Assembly: GCA_028866995.1 (NCBI GenBank)
Contig: JAGWHD010000001.1
Location: forward strand, 256,183-320,182
Length of the DNA stretch: 64,000 nt
Source: Candidatus Micrarchaeota archaeon
Lineage (GTDB): Archaea > Micrarchaeota > Micrarchaeia > Micrarchaeales > CABMGC01
Reading direction: 5' to 3'
Position numbers and translations under genes: made by a program. Positions 8,540-17,922 of the stretch are shown piece after piece. The notes beneath the pieces are model-generated. The model searched no databases, was not told the DNA's origin, and saw nothing but the letters and a program-made list of their open reading frames with translations. Numbering within the stretch: the stretch's first letter is position 1; the number at the start of each line of letters is the position of its first letter.

Positions 8540-9466
8540 ATGCGGATACTGCTGCAGTTCCCAGAAGGCCTTAAGCAGAGGGCCCTGGAGCACGCCAAGA
8601 GGCTCGAGGCCGAGGGAAACGAGGTCTTCATATCGGCTTCGCCTACCTTCGGCGCCTGCGATTTGGCGATAGACGAGGCCAAGAACATAAAGGCTGACAA
8701 GCTTGTGCATTTCGGCCATGCGGAGTTCCACAAGGTCGATTTCAACGTCGAGTACATAGAATACAACACTGATGCGCCGCTTGACATGCTCAACGAGTCG
8801 CTCAAGCAACTCGAGGAGTACAAGACCATAGGCATTGTGACCACGATACAGCAGATAAGGCAGCTTGACGACATAAAGGCCTTCTACGAGCGCAACGGCA
8901 AGACAGTAATCATAGGGAAGCCGTATGGTTTCGCCAAGAGGCGGGGGCAGATACTTGGCTGCGACATAGGCAGCGCGGCCACGATAGACAGGAACGTGGA
9001 CGCGTTTGTCTATTTCGGCGGAGGGCTGTTCCATCCCCTGGGGGCGCTCCTCAGCACGACCAAGCCTTTCCTGGTCGTCGAGCCTTATACGATGAAGGTG
9101 GAGTTCATAGACAGGTACAGAGACATATACAGGAAGAGGAGCAGGGGCAAGATACTGGGTTCCGTTGATGCGAGCAACTTCGGCATACTTGTAAGCACCA
9201 AGAACGGCCAGTTCAACATGAACCTGGCGAAGATAATCAAGGAGAAGATAGAGGGGCTAGGATTGAAGGCCGCGATACTCGTCTCGAACAACATAGACTT
9301 CGACTCTGTCAACAACATGATGGAGTTCGACGCGTTCGTCAACACCGCATGCCCAAGGATAGCGATAGATGACATAGACAGGCTGAGGAAGCCGCTGCTG
9401 AGCGCCAACGAGCTGATGGAAGTGCTCAGGATAAAGAAGGAGCAGAAGGCGATGGCGGCGCGCTAA
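8540..9466 (+). CDS. dph2: Diphthamide biosynthesis enzyme Dph2
   Basis: LQFPEGLK, FGACD, HFGH, GQILGC, GGGLFH, TACPRI. Confidence 0.95.
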   Translation: MRILLQFPEGLKQRALEHAKRLEAEGNEVFISASPTFGACDLAIDEAKNIKADKLVHFGHAEFHKVDFNVEYIEYNTDAPLDMLNESLKQLEEYKTIGIVTTIQQIRQLDDIKAFYERNGKTVIIGKPYGFAKRRGQILGCDIGSAATIDRNVDAFVYFGGGLFHPLGALLSTTKPFLVVEPYTMKVEFIDRYRDIYRKRSRGKILGSVDASNFGILVSTKNGQFNMNLAKIIKEKIEGLGLKAAILVSNNIDFDSVNNMMEFDAFVNTACPRIAIDDIDRLRKPLLSANELMEVLRIKKEQKAMAAR

Positions 9467-9493
9467 GGCGCGAAGCCACGGCTAATCCTTTTG

Positions 9494-9531
9494 AAAAATA
9501 AAGAAAAAGAGGTAAGGGCAGAGGCCCTTAC
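9494..9531 (-). terminator. Hairpin plus U-rich tract ending the pilin transcript
   Basis: Stem GTAAGGGC/GCCCTTAC (9512-9531) followed on the minus strand by TCTTTTTCTTTATTTTT. Confidence 0.65.
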
Positions 9532-9551
9532 GAACCAAGGCCCTATGGGCT

Positions 9552-10133
9552 TTAAGTTACCTTTATCGAGATTGTCGCGACCTTGACAGCCGTTGAGGCT
9601 GCAGCGGTAGCAGATGACACGCTGTAGTTCATCCAGAGGTATCCGGAGTACGCCGTTCCCAGCGCGTTCGTCGCGACCTGGCTCGTAGTCATGTCTATCG
9701 TCACTACAGTTGTGCCTCCCGTAACCAGTGAGGTTATCCCTGAAGGGCTTCCATAAACACCAGTTGCGCCGCTGTTGGTCGTTATCATTCCGTTATATCC
9801 GTTTATCGTTGTCGGGAATCCTGCCGAGCTGAGCGCCGAGCTCTGCGGGGCTGCCCCTATTATAACGTTATACACTGTTGATCCGGTGTTCTGCCCGAAT
9901 GTGAACTGCAGCTGCGCGACAGTCGTTGACGTTCCTCCAGAGGAGAGCACGTGCGTCAGCACGGGGCTTGAGCACTGGTAGCCTGAGAAGGCTATGCATG
10001 CAGTTGGTGTGAATCCGCCGCTGAACAGTCCGAGACTGAAGAGCGATACCATTACTATGGCTATGACCAGGATCGCCCATCCATAAGTCATCAGGTATTC
10101 CATTGCGCTTTGCAGCTTTAGTATTCTGGCCAT
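9552..10133 (-). CDS. Type IV pilin-like protein (class III signal peptide)
   Basis: MARILKL-QSAMEYLMTYGWAILVIAIV: basic leader, Q+1/E+5, hydrophobic helix, then a Ser/Thr-rich head. Confidence 0.85.
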   Translation of the reverse strand: MARILKLQSAMEYLMTYGWAILVIAIVMVSLFSLGLFSGGFTPTACIAFSGYQCSSPVLTHVLSSGGTSTTVAQLQFTFGQNTGSTVYNVIIGAAPQSSALSSAGFPTTINGYNGMITTNSGATGVYGSPSGITSLVTGGTTVVTIDMTTSQVATNALGTAYSGYLWMNYSVSSATAAASTAVKVATISIKVT

Positions 10134-10222
10134 TTTGTCTACCTTTACTCTAAATCTTAAAGGGTAAAGTATTTAAAGGTGTTTTAGGCAGTCGGCGCAG
10201 GCGCCGTTGGGAACTGAGGTTC

Positions 10223-10798
10223 TTAAGCCTTGCCTATCGCCCTTGCCTCAAGGTAGAGGATCTCGTTTATGGTGCCCTCTATCTGGATCCTTGCGCTGTC
10301 CTGCTTGCGCCTGAAGTCTGGCAGGATCGAGCTCGCGAAGCGCATGTGGAGCGTCGAATCGTATATGTCCAGCATGAATGCGTAATAGGCCTTGGCATCG
10401 TTGAGGTCGCTCTTCCTCAAGGCCTCGAATGCCTCCCTCTTGAGCTCCCCGACCACGTCCATGAGTCCTAGTATGTATGGGGCCGCCTCTTCGCCCAGCG
10501 ACCCAGCATCAGGTATCCTCCTGCTCGCTATTATGCTCTCAAGCGCCTTAGCTTCGACGTACTCCTGGTGCGCCTGCAGCGTGTAGTACTCAAGGCCCTT
10601 CTCCACGGCCTTTAGCGCCTTCCTGTTTGCCTCTAGCTTCTGGAAGAGCGACTTCGCCCCCTTCAAGTCCCTCGCGTGCAGCAGAGTTATCGCCTTGCCC
10701 GCGTTCCTTATGAGCTCCCTTGAGAGCTGCAGCGCCCTGTCTCTTTTCGTCTCGATCTCGAGAAGCCTCTTCTCCATCCTGTCCATGTCAGGTATCAT
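10223..10798 (-). CDS. Translin/TRAX-family RNA-binding protein
   Basis: RDRALQLSRELIR, QEYVEA, YILGLMDVVGELKR, FRRKQD. Confidence 0.88.
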   Translation of the reverse strand: MIPDMDRMEKRLLEIETKRDRALQLSRELIRNAGKAITLLHARDLKGAKSLFQKLEANRKALKAVEKGLEYYTLQAHQEYVEAKALESIIASRRIPDAGSLGEEAAPYILGLMDVVGELKREAFEALRKSDLNDAKAYYAFMLDIYDSTLHMRFASSILPDFRRKQDSARIQIEGTINEILYLEARAIGKA

Positions 10799-11697
10799 GT
10801 TCCCACCTTCAGGCTCCTGCCGTTCCAGAATAGGTACTGCTGAACGTAGCCCAGCAGTTCAGGTTGCCAACGCCTCTCCGCGAACTTGTGGAGCTCCTTT
10901 ATGCTCTTATTCCTGCCTTTGAAGTATACCGTTTCTATTATCCTCTTTATCCATGTGTCTATAGGGAACGCCTCTGTCTTATGGTAGCCGAACAGGAGTA
11001 TGCAGTCGGCGACCTTGTCACCGACGCCGTCGAGCTCCATCAGCGCCTCCTTTGCAGATGCGTAGTCCATGCCGTAAAGTTTCTTTAGGTCAAGGTTCTC
11101 CGAACATACCTTTGCCGCGCTCTTCAGGTACTTGCCCCTGAAGCCAGTGCCGCATGCGTTGATGTCGCCGATGCTTGCACCCGCGACTGCCTCTGCTGAG
11201 GGGAACATGCTGATGATGGTGCCGCCATCTGAATAAGGCTGCCCGAAGCGCTCTATCATCCTCCTCGTTATCAGCCTTATCCTCTTGATGTTGTTGAACT
11301 GCGAGAGTATGAAGCACATGGTGGTCTCCCAAGAGTCGTTCTCTGTTATCCTCATGCCTTTGAAGTTCCTTATCGCGCTGTCCATGAACGGGTCCGTGTT
11401 CATGCCCTCGTATATCCTTTCCATGTCGTCATTGAGGCCCATCCTCTTGATGACCTCTACCCTTGCCGTTGCCCTGGAATACCTTCCTGAATGGCTGATG
11501 TGAAGGATGTTCCCGCTGCTAGATACGCTGATCCTGCCTATGCCAGTGGAGTACGCTAGGTTTCTCGAAAATCCGTCCTCTGAATAGTCAGCGTGGAAGG
11601 TAAGCGGCTGCCCGCTCTCGAACGTGTGCCTCATGTCGAATGCGTCCGCCCTTATAGCGTCAGTGCGCTCTACTGTCTGAGTCTCGTACGATGCCAT
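10795..11697 (-). CDS. 8-oxoguanine DNA glycosylase (OGG1-like, HhH-GPD)
   Basis: TFESGQ, FILSQFNNIKRI, LDGVGDKVADCILLFG, FPIDTW. Confidence 0.9.
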   Translation of the reverse strand: MASYETQTVERTDAIRADAFDMRHTFESGQPLTFHADYSEDGFSRNLAYSTGIGRISVSSSGNILHISHSGRYSRATARVEVIKRMGLNDDMERIYEGMNTDPFMDSAIRNFKGMRITENDSWETTMCFILSQFNNIKRIRLITRRMIERFGQPYSDGGTIISMFPSAEAVAGASIGDINACGTGFRGKYLKSAAKVCSENLDLKKLYGMDYASAKEALMELDGVGDKVADCILLFGYHKTEAFPIDTWIKRIIETVYFKGRNKSIKELHKFAERRWQPELLGYVQQYLFWNGRSLKVGT

Positions 11698-11701
11698 TGA
11701 A

Positions 11702-13198
11702 TCATGCGAACTTGTTTATGTCGAAGGTCGTGTTATCGGATATGAAGCCTTCCAGCTCGTCTACCTTCACCCTCTCCTGCTTCTTGCTGTCCCTGTGCCT
11801 TACCGTGACCGTGTTGTGGTTGGGCGAGCTCTTGTCCACGCTCTCGAAGTCTATGGTTATGCAGAATGGCGTGCCTATCTCGTCAAGCCTCGCGTACCTC
11901 CTGCCTATGGACCCCGAGTCGTCGAGAGCTATCCTGGCATGCCTCCTCAGCTTCCTGTATATGGACTCTGTCATCTTCTGGAGCGCCTCGTCCTTCTGCA
12001 GCGCGAACAGTCCTGCAGAGAAAGGCGCAAGGTATGCAGGCACCTGGAGCACATCCCTGTCCTCGATCTTCTTGTAGAACTGGTCGATGAGCATCCACAC
12101 GTTCCTGTCCACGCCGAAGCTGAGCTCGAGGACATTTGGCATTATCCTCTTGCCGTTTATGTTGACCGAAAGGTCCTTGTTCGAGCCCTTTGAATGCGAC
12201 GTGAGGTCGTAGTCGGTCCTGTAATGGAGGCCGCCTACCTCCTTGAAGCCGTTCCAGCTAGTTACGTTGACCTCTATGTCCATGTGCACCTTGTTGTAGA
12301 ACGCCTTTTCAGTGCCGCCTTTCTCGCGGAACCTGAAGCTGTCCCGCGGCACCTGCAATACCTCCGTGTAGAAGGTGTCTATCAGCGCGAGATGGTATGC
12401 GTAGAACTCTGGTATCTTGTACTTCTCCATCCACTCCTTTATCGTGATGCTCTCCATCTGCTCCTGCTGGTACATGAGTACGTTTACCTTCCTGCTGCCA
12501 AGCCTGCCCAGAATCGGCTTCCATTCGTCGGGGTCGAAGAATATCTGCAGCTCAGCCTGGATCAGCTCCCTTAGCCTGTAAAGCCCTTGTCTAGGAGATA
12601 TCTCGTTCCTGTATGCCTTGCCTATTATCGCGAGACCCATCGGCAGTGTCTTCCTGAGCGCGTTGAATTCTCTCGAGAAATTCAGGTACACGGACTGCGC
12701 AGTTTCCGGCCTCAGGTATCCCTTCTCGTCCTTCTCCGGACCGATTCCCAGGTCGAACATCATGTTGAAGGGTTTTGCATGCGCCATCGCGCCTTTGCAT
12801 TTCGGGCACTTGACGGCCTGTTCCTTGACTATTTTGTCTATCTCGTCTACGGTTGCACCGTCAGAGACATCTATGCCCATGTCGTTGAGCAGCACGTCTG
12901 CGCGGTAGTATGTATTGCACTTCGAGCAGTTTATCAGTATGTCGTTGAAGAGAGCTGCGTGTCCCGATGCTACCAGTGGCTTCTCAGGCAGGATGTTCGA
13001 GCCGTCTATCATGTAATAATCGTCTTGCGACTCCACGAAGTAAGCGGTCCAGACCTCCTCGAACCTCTTCTTGAGGAGCGCGCCTATGTGCCCGTATTCG
13101 TAGACGCCAGCTACCCCTCCGTATATCTCGGCGCTGGGCCAGAAAAGCGCCCTCCTCTTAGCATAAGCCATGAGCTCTTCGACGTTCATCCGCATCAT
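11702..13198 (-). CDS. glyS: Glycine--tRNA ligase (archaeal/eukaryotic type)
   Basis: YLRPETAQ, GKAYRNEISPRQG, SFGVDR, SIGRRYARLDEIGTPFCITID. Confidence 0.97.
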   Translation of the reverse strand: MMRMNVEELMAYAKRRALFWPSAEIYGGVAGVYEYGHIGALLKKRFEEVWTAYFVESQDDYYMIDGSNILPEKPLVASGHAALFNDILINCSKCNTYYRADVLLNDMGIDVSDGATVDEIDKIVKEQAVKCPKCKGAMAHAKPFNMMFDLGIGPEKDEKGYLRPETAQSVYLNFSREFNALRKTLPMGLAIIGKAYRNEISPRQGLYRLRELIQAELQIFFDPDEWKPILGRLGSRKVNVLMYQQEQMESITIKEWMEKYKIPEFYAYHLALIDTFYTEVLQVPRDSFRFREKGGTEKAFYNKVHMDIEVNVTSWNGFKEVGGLHYRTDYDLTSHSKGSNKDLSVNINGKRIMPNVLELSFGVDRNVWMLIDQFYKKIEDRDVLQVPAYLAPFSAGLFALQKDEALQKMTESIYRKLRRHARIALDDSGSIGRRYARLDEIGTPFCITIDFESVDKSSPNHNTVTVRHRDSKKQERVKVDELEGFISDNTTFDINKFA

Positions 13199-13356
13199 TA
13201 AAGCAATTAGTATACTACAATATCATTAATTATTAATAAGGAATCTGATTGGCATGCAGTTATTTCTATTTTTGTTATCAGTTCCTGCTATGCGCCCGCA
13301 ACATGAAGCTTTCTGGAACTTATTTTAAGCTTTCATGGCAGAGATAACCGTTTGCC

Positions 13357-13887
13357 ATGGCCACATTAACGCAAGAGGCGTACAGGAAGTTCAAGCACAT
13401 GAGGAACAAGCACAACGTCCTCATACCAATCCTGCTTGTCACTGTTGTGCTGCTTGTCCTTGTCTTCATGCTTGACATAGTGGACGTAGGCCTGGACAGG
13501 AACTTCGGCTCCTCTGCGATCATCTTCACCTCCTTCGCCAGCAGCACCTTCATCATGTTCATGATGCCGTACACCAAGTCTGCAAGCCCGAAGAGGTTCG
13601 TGAAGAGCTATGCCATAGCGACGGTTTTCGGTTATCTTGGCCTTTTGCTGATCTCATACTTCGGCATCTACCTCGCCACGGTTGTTGTGGTGTTCCTTAC
13701 TGCTCTTTTCCTGTTCGAGACTGACAGCGAGCATCCTCCCGCTATGGGGCTGCTGTTCGCGTTCGTGCTCTACCATGTAGGCATACTCAGCGCTTTCGTG
13801 ATAGTTTCCGGGGTGCTGATAATAGCGGTGCTGCACATCGCGATGACGAAGATGGGCATGGTCTACCCGAAGAGGGCATGGCTATAA
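13357..13887 (+). CDS. HPP-family membrane protein
   Basis: SFASS, ASP, EHPPA motifs and multiple TM segments. Confidence 0.8.
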   Translation: MATLTQEAYRKFKHMRNKHNVLIPILLVTVVLLVLVFMLDIVDVGLDRNFGSSAIIFTSFASSTFIMFMMPYTKSASPKRFVKSYAIATVFGYLGLLLISYFGIYLATVVVVFLTALFLFETDSEHPPAMGLLFAFVLYHVGILSAFVIVSGVLIIAVLHIAMTKMGMVYPKRAWL

Positions 13888-13929
13888 ATATTTTGCAAAA
13901 GAGCTTAATTCGTAATTCTGGGGGTTTTC

Positions 13930-14838
13930 CTGAAGGAGACAATAGAGCAAAAGAGGAACAGGCTGTTAGGGCTTGCAAAGGCGAGCGTAAGCAACGCGTA
14001 CTCTGTTGGCGACCACGCGGTAATGCAGGCAATTGCGGCTTACAACGAGCTGGAGAAGACGAGGAACCTGATACACGAGAAGCTGGAGGAATGGTACGGC
14101 ATTTACTTCCCGGAGCTTAGGCTGAGCAACCAGCTCAACTATGCGCGCTTCGTCATCAGGTTCGGCGCCGACAAGAAGGGCGCTACGAAGGACGCGCTTG
14201 ACGATGTCCTTGGAGGCAACGGGGATGCGATACTAAACAGCATAAGCAGGAGCATAGGCAGGGAGCCGGATGCGCAGGAATACGAGATGCTCAAGGGGCT
14301 CGCGGAACAGGAGCTTGCGATATCGAAGCTGCAGGATTCTCTCGATATGTACCTTGAAAGGGGTGTCAAGCAGCTGATGCCCAACATAGCGTACATGATA
14401 GACTACAAGATAGCGGCGGAGCTGCTTGGCAGGGCAGGTTCTTTGCAGAAGCTCTCAGTCATGCCCGCAGGCACGATACAGCTTCTCGGTGCGGAGAAGG
14501 CGCTTTTCAAGCACATCAAGTTCGGGTCAAGGCCTCCCAAGTACGGGGTTCTCTACAAGCTGCCGCAGATAGGGACTGCAAGGAAGGACATACGTGGCAG
14601 GATAGCCAGGGTATATGCTACCAAGCTGGCCATAGCGGCAAGGGCCGATGCGATAACCAAGAACTTCATAGCGGAGAAACTTAAGGCGCAGCTCGACAGC
14701 GCCGTCGAGAGGATAACAAGCTCGCCTGTCAAGGAGAAGCCTGAGCGCAGGAGGTTCGACAATAGGGATAACAGGAACTTCGGGGGAAACAACAGGAACT
14801 TCAGGAGGAACAGCCAGAGGTTCAGGGGAAGGCGCTGA
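13930..14838 (+). CDS. nop5: Nop5/Nop56 box C/D RNP protein (start uncertain: CTG 13930 or ATG 14023)
   Basis: EWYGIYFPEL, MPAGTIQLLGAEKALF, PPKYG, RGRIAR; frame is open back to the stop at 13906-13908. Confidence 0.9.
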   Translation: MKETIEQKRNRLLGLAKASVSNAYSVGDHAVMQAIAAYNELEKTRNLIHEKLEEWYGIYFPELRLSNQLNYARFVIRFGADKKGATKDALDDVLGGNGDAILNSISRSIGREPDAQEYEMLKGLAEQELAISKLQDSLDMYLERGVKQLMPNIAYMIDYKIAAELLGRAGSLQKLSVMPAGTIQLLGAEKALFKHIKFGSRPPKYGVLYKLPQIGTARKDIRGRIARVYATKLAIAARADAITKNFIAEKLKAQLDSAVERITSSPVKEKPERRRFDNRDNRNFGGNNRNFRRNSQRFRGRR

Positions 14839-14880
14839 GGCTCGCGACTCTTTTTTATTATTTCCCAGCAATCTTCATTC

Positions 14881-15759
14881 ATGCGATTGAAAGGCGCAAG
14901 GCTCCAGTCAGCGATGGAGTACCTGATGACTTATGGATGGGCGATACTCGCCATCGCAATAGTCATGGTCTCGCTATACTCGCTTGGAATATTCAACATC
15001 GGAAGCCTGCAGCCGACCGCGACTCCCGGATCCTGCCAGGTCCTGCGCACGGCAGCGCAGACGAGCCTTGCTGGCCAATGCGCAAGCCTTATCCCTAAGT
15101 ATGTCGGGCAGTTCAACGGCGCTAACGCGTATTCTCAGGTACCGTATTTCCCGCAGGTCAACCCGTCGAAGTTCACTGTCGTCATATGGACTTACGTTAA
15201 AGGCAGCCAGGGATCCTACAGGAGCCCGATGACCTCTAGGTGCGTTGTCGCGAGCGTAAACCAGGGATACATGCTGTACGCTTCGGACACAAACCAATGG
15301 AAGCTGCAGATAGGCTGCGGGACTGGTTGCTGGGGAGGGCCTGCGGCAGGTACTGTAACTCTGAACAATTGGGTCCAAGTAGCAGGAACCTACAACGGCA
15401 CAGCTGCAGCACTCTACGTGAATGGCACCAACATAGCGTCTACCAACGTCACCTATGTCGTGAATCCTTCCTGCGTCATGAGGATAGGGGCCGGTTACAC
15501 CGAATCCAATCCGTCATACTACTTCAACGGGTCCCTGGCAAACCTCCAGATATACAACACCACCCTATCTGCGGCTGACATCAAGGCGCTATACCAGGAG
15601 GGGATAGGAGGGGCGCCGATAAACGTGCGCAACCTTACAGCCTGGTATCCTCTCAACGGCAACGCGAATGATTACTCCGGCGGCTTCAGGAACGGCAATG
15701 TCGTAAACATAGTATGGAATGCGAATTGGGAGTCAGGATACAGCTCCCCGAAGACATGA
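14881..15759 (+). CDS. Pilin-like protein with LamG/concanavalin-like domain
   Basis: RL-QSAMEYLMTYGWAIL; LamG motifs WVQVAGTYNG, LYVNG, FNGSLANLQIYN, WYPLNGNAND. Confidence 0.85.
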   Translation: MRLKGARLQSAMEYLMTYGWAILAIAIVMVSLYSLGIFNIGSLQPTATPGSCQVLRTAAQTSLAGQCASLIPKYVGQFNGANAYSQVPYFPQVNPSKFTVVIWTYVKGSQGSYRSPMTSRCVVASVNQGYMLYASDTNQWKLQIGCGTGCWGGPAAGTVTLNNWVQVAGTYNGTAAALYVNGTNIASTNVTYVVNPSCVMRIGAGYTESNPSYYFNGSLANLQIYNTTLSAADIKALYQEGIGGAPINVRNLTAWYPLNGNANDYSGGFRNGNVVNIVWNANWESGYSSPKT

Positions 15760-15855
15760 TATCGTTATGTGACGGGAGTGTGTAAGTCAATCGACCTAGA
15801 GTATTGGTTAGCCTTTTATACCTTTTTCTAAAACAGAGTAATAGAAGGTGTATAT

Positions 15856-17868
15856 GTGAGCTTAGATGGGAAAATCGACGGGACTTCAGCCACTGAAATA
15901 ATAGACCAGAACCTTGTCATAAACATCAACAACAAGAGGCCTGAGCAGCCTGCTGACAGCACCGACTATTCAGGCAACCCGATCCTTGCGCCGTACCACA
16001 GGAGCCTCGAGGAGATAGCGAAGATGCCTGTGCTCGAGAGGACCAAGACAGTATGTCCTGAATGCAAGCTTATCGTAGACGGTGTCATCTACAAGGACGG
16101 CGAGAACGTCATGATAAGGAAGACGTGCGAGGAGCACGGCATGACCGTCGAGAAGTACTGGGAGGACTACGAGATGTACGTCAAGATGAGGAATTACAAT
16201 TATTACGGAAGGGGATTCGACAACCCGAACTACATAAACAAGGGCGAGAACTGCCCGTTCGACTGCGGTATATGCGAGAGGCACAAGTCGCACACCGGAC
16301 TCGCTAACGTCGTAATAACGAACAGGTGCCACCTCTCATGCTGGTACTGCTTCTTCTACGCAAAGGAGGGAGAGCCCATCTACGAGCCTACGCGTGATGA
16401 GATAGGGAAGATATTCAAGGTCCTCAGGACGCAGAAGCCGATACCGGCCAACGCGCTGCAGATAACCGGCGGTGAACCTACAATGAGGAGCGACCTTGTC
16501 CAGATAGTGCAGATGGCCAAGGACGCGGGCTTCGACCAGATACAGCTCAACACGACCGGCATCAACATAGGCGCAAACCCTACCGAGGCCATGAGGCTGA
16601 AGCATGCGGGAGTGAGCTGCCTGTACATGTCCTTCGACGGAGTGAGCAAGAGGGCGAACCCGAAGAACCACTGGGAGGTGCCTTCGACGCTCGAGGCGTG
16701 CAGGAAGGCCAACCTTGGCGTCGTCATGGTGCCTACGGTCATCAGGGGCATAAACGACCACGAGCTAGGGGACATGATAAACTTCGCGCTGAACAACATA
16801 GACATAGTGAAGGCAGTAAACTTCCAGCCTGTCTCGCTGGTGGGAAGGATGCCTTCTAGGCTCAGGGAGAAGCAGAGGATATCCATTCCTGGAGCCATCA
16901 AGCAGATAGAGGAGCAGACGGATGGGGTCATAACGAAGGAGGACTGGTTCTCGGTGCCATATGTAGGCGGGATAAACAAGTTCATAGAGGCATTGTCAGG
17001 CGAGTACAAGTACGACCTTTCCATCCACTTCGCATGCGGAGCGGGCTGCTACCTCTTCCTGGATAACAACAACAAGATAGTTCCGTTGACAAGATTCATC
17101 GATGCGCCAGGTCTCATGGAGCACCTGCAGGCCTCGATCAACGAGATGGACGGCAAGGGCAAGCTCCAGAGGAGGCTCATAGCGCTCAAGGCGATAACCG
17201 GCATAAACAGGTACATAGACAAGAGCAAGCAGCCGAAGTCGCTCAACTTCAGCAAGCTCTTCATGAGCCTGATACTGAAGCACGATTTCGCGACGATGAG
17301 CAAGTTCCAGCTGAAGAGCCTGTTCCTGGGAATGATGCACTTCCAGGACGAGTATACATACGACATAAAGAGGGTCGAGAAGTGCGACATCCACTACGCG
17401 ATGCCTGATGGAAGAGTGCTTCCTTTCTGCACGTTCAACGTGTTCCCAGAGGTATACAGGGACAAGATACAGAAGCAGTACTCCATACCTTCGAAGGAAT
17501 GGGAGAACATGCACCATGACTGGACCTACAAGTCCGACAAGTACACGCGCAACGTCAAGGAGCTCGAGGCCAGCGACATCTACAAGAAGACCTATGTCGA
17601 GGCAACTGACTACTTCAAGCTTCCTGTCAATGTGGCAGAGGCGCAGCAGATAATGGCCCTGAGGGGAAGAACAAGGGCATCAAGCGCTGCGTCAGAGGAG
17701 GCCTTCATGCACAAGATGGAGGCTGCGCAGCACAAGCACATGCCTGCGCACATCCAGGCCGCAATGAAGAAGGAGGATGAATCGTGCGCCTGCGGGAACG
17801 GTGCAGGGGCGTGCGGATGCGGCAAGGCCGAGGCTGGCGGGGAAGGCTGCGGATGCGGCGCCTGCTGA
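15856..17868 (+). CDS. tes: Tetraether lipid synthase (GDGT macrocycle-forming radical SAM enzyme)
   Basis: N-terminal CPEC...CEEHG, CPFDCGICERH, radical SAM CHLSCWYC, QITGGEPT, VNFQPVS, HFACG, KCDIHYAMPDGRVLPFCTFN. Confidence 0.88.
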   Translation: MSLDGKIDGTSATEIIDQNLVININNKRPEQPADSTDYSGNPILAPYHRSLEEIAKMPVLERTKTVCPECKLIVDGVIYKDGENVMIRKTCEEHGMTVEKYWEDYEMYVKMRNYNYYGRGFDNPNYINKGENCPFDCGICERHKSHTGLANVVITNRCHLSCWYCFFYAKEGEPIYEPTRDEIGKIFKVLRTQKPIPANALQITGGEPTMRSDLVQIVQMAKDAGFDQIQLNTTGINIGANPTEAMRLKHAGVSCLYMSFDGVSKRANPKNHWEVPSTLEACRKANLGVVMVPTVIRGINDHELGDMINFALNNIDIVKAVNFQPVSLVGRMPSRLREKQRISIPGAIKQIEEQTDGVITKEDWFSVPYVGGINKFIEALSGEYKYDLSIHFACGAGCYLFLDNNNKIVPLTRFIDAPGLMEHLQASINEMDGKGKLQRRLIALKAITGINRYIDKSKQPKSLNFSKLFMSLILKHDFATMSKFQLKSLFLGMMHFQDEYTYDIKRVEKCDIHYAMPDGRVLPFCTFNVFPEVYRDKIQKQYSIPSKEWENMHHDWTYKSDKYTRNVKELEASDIYKKTYVEATDYFKLPVNVAEAQQIMALRGRTRASSAASEEAFMHKMEAAQHKHMPAHIQAAMKKEDESCACGNGAGACGCGKAEAGGEGCGCGAC

Positions 17869-17922
17869 GCCCGTAGGAAAGCTTTATACATCTCCATTGA
17901 GATGCCTTATCGAGGTGAAAGG

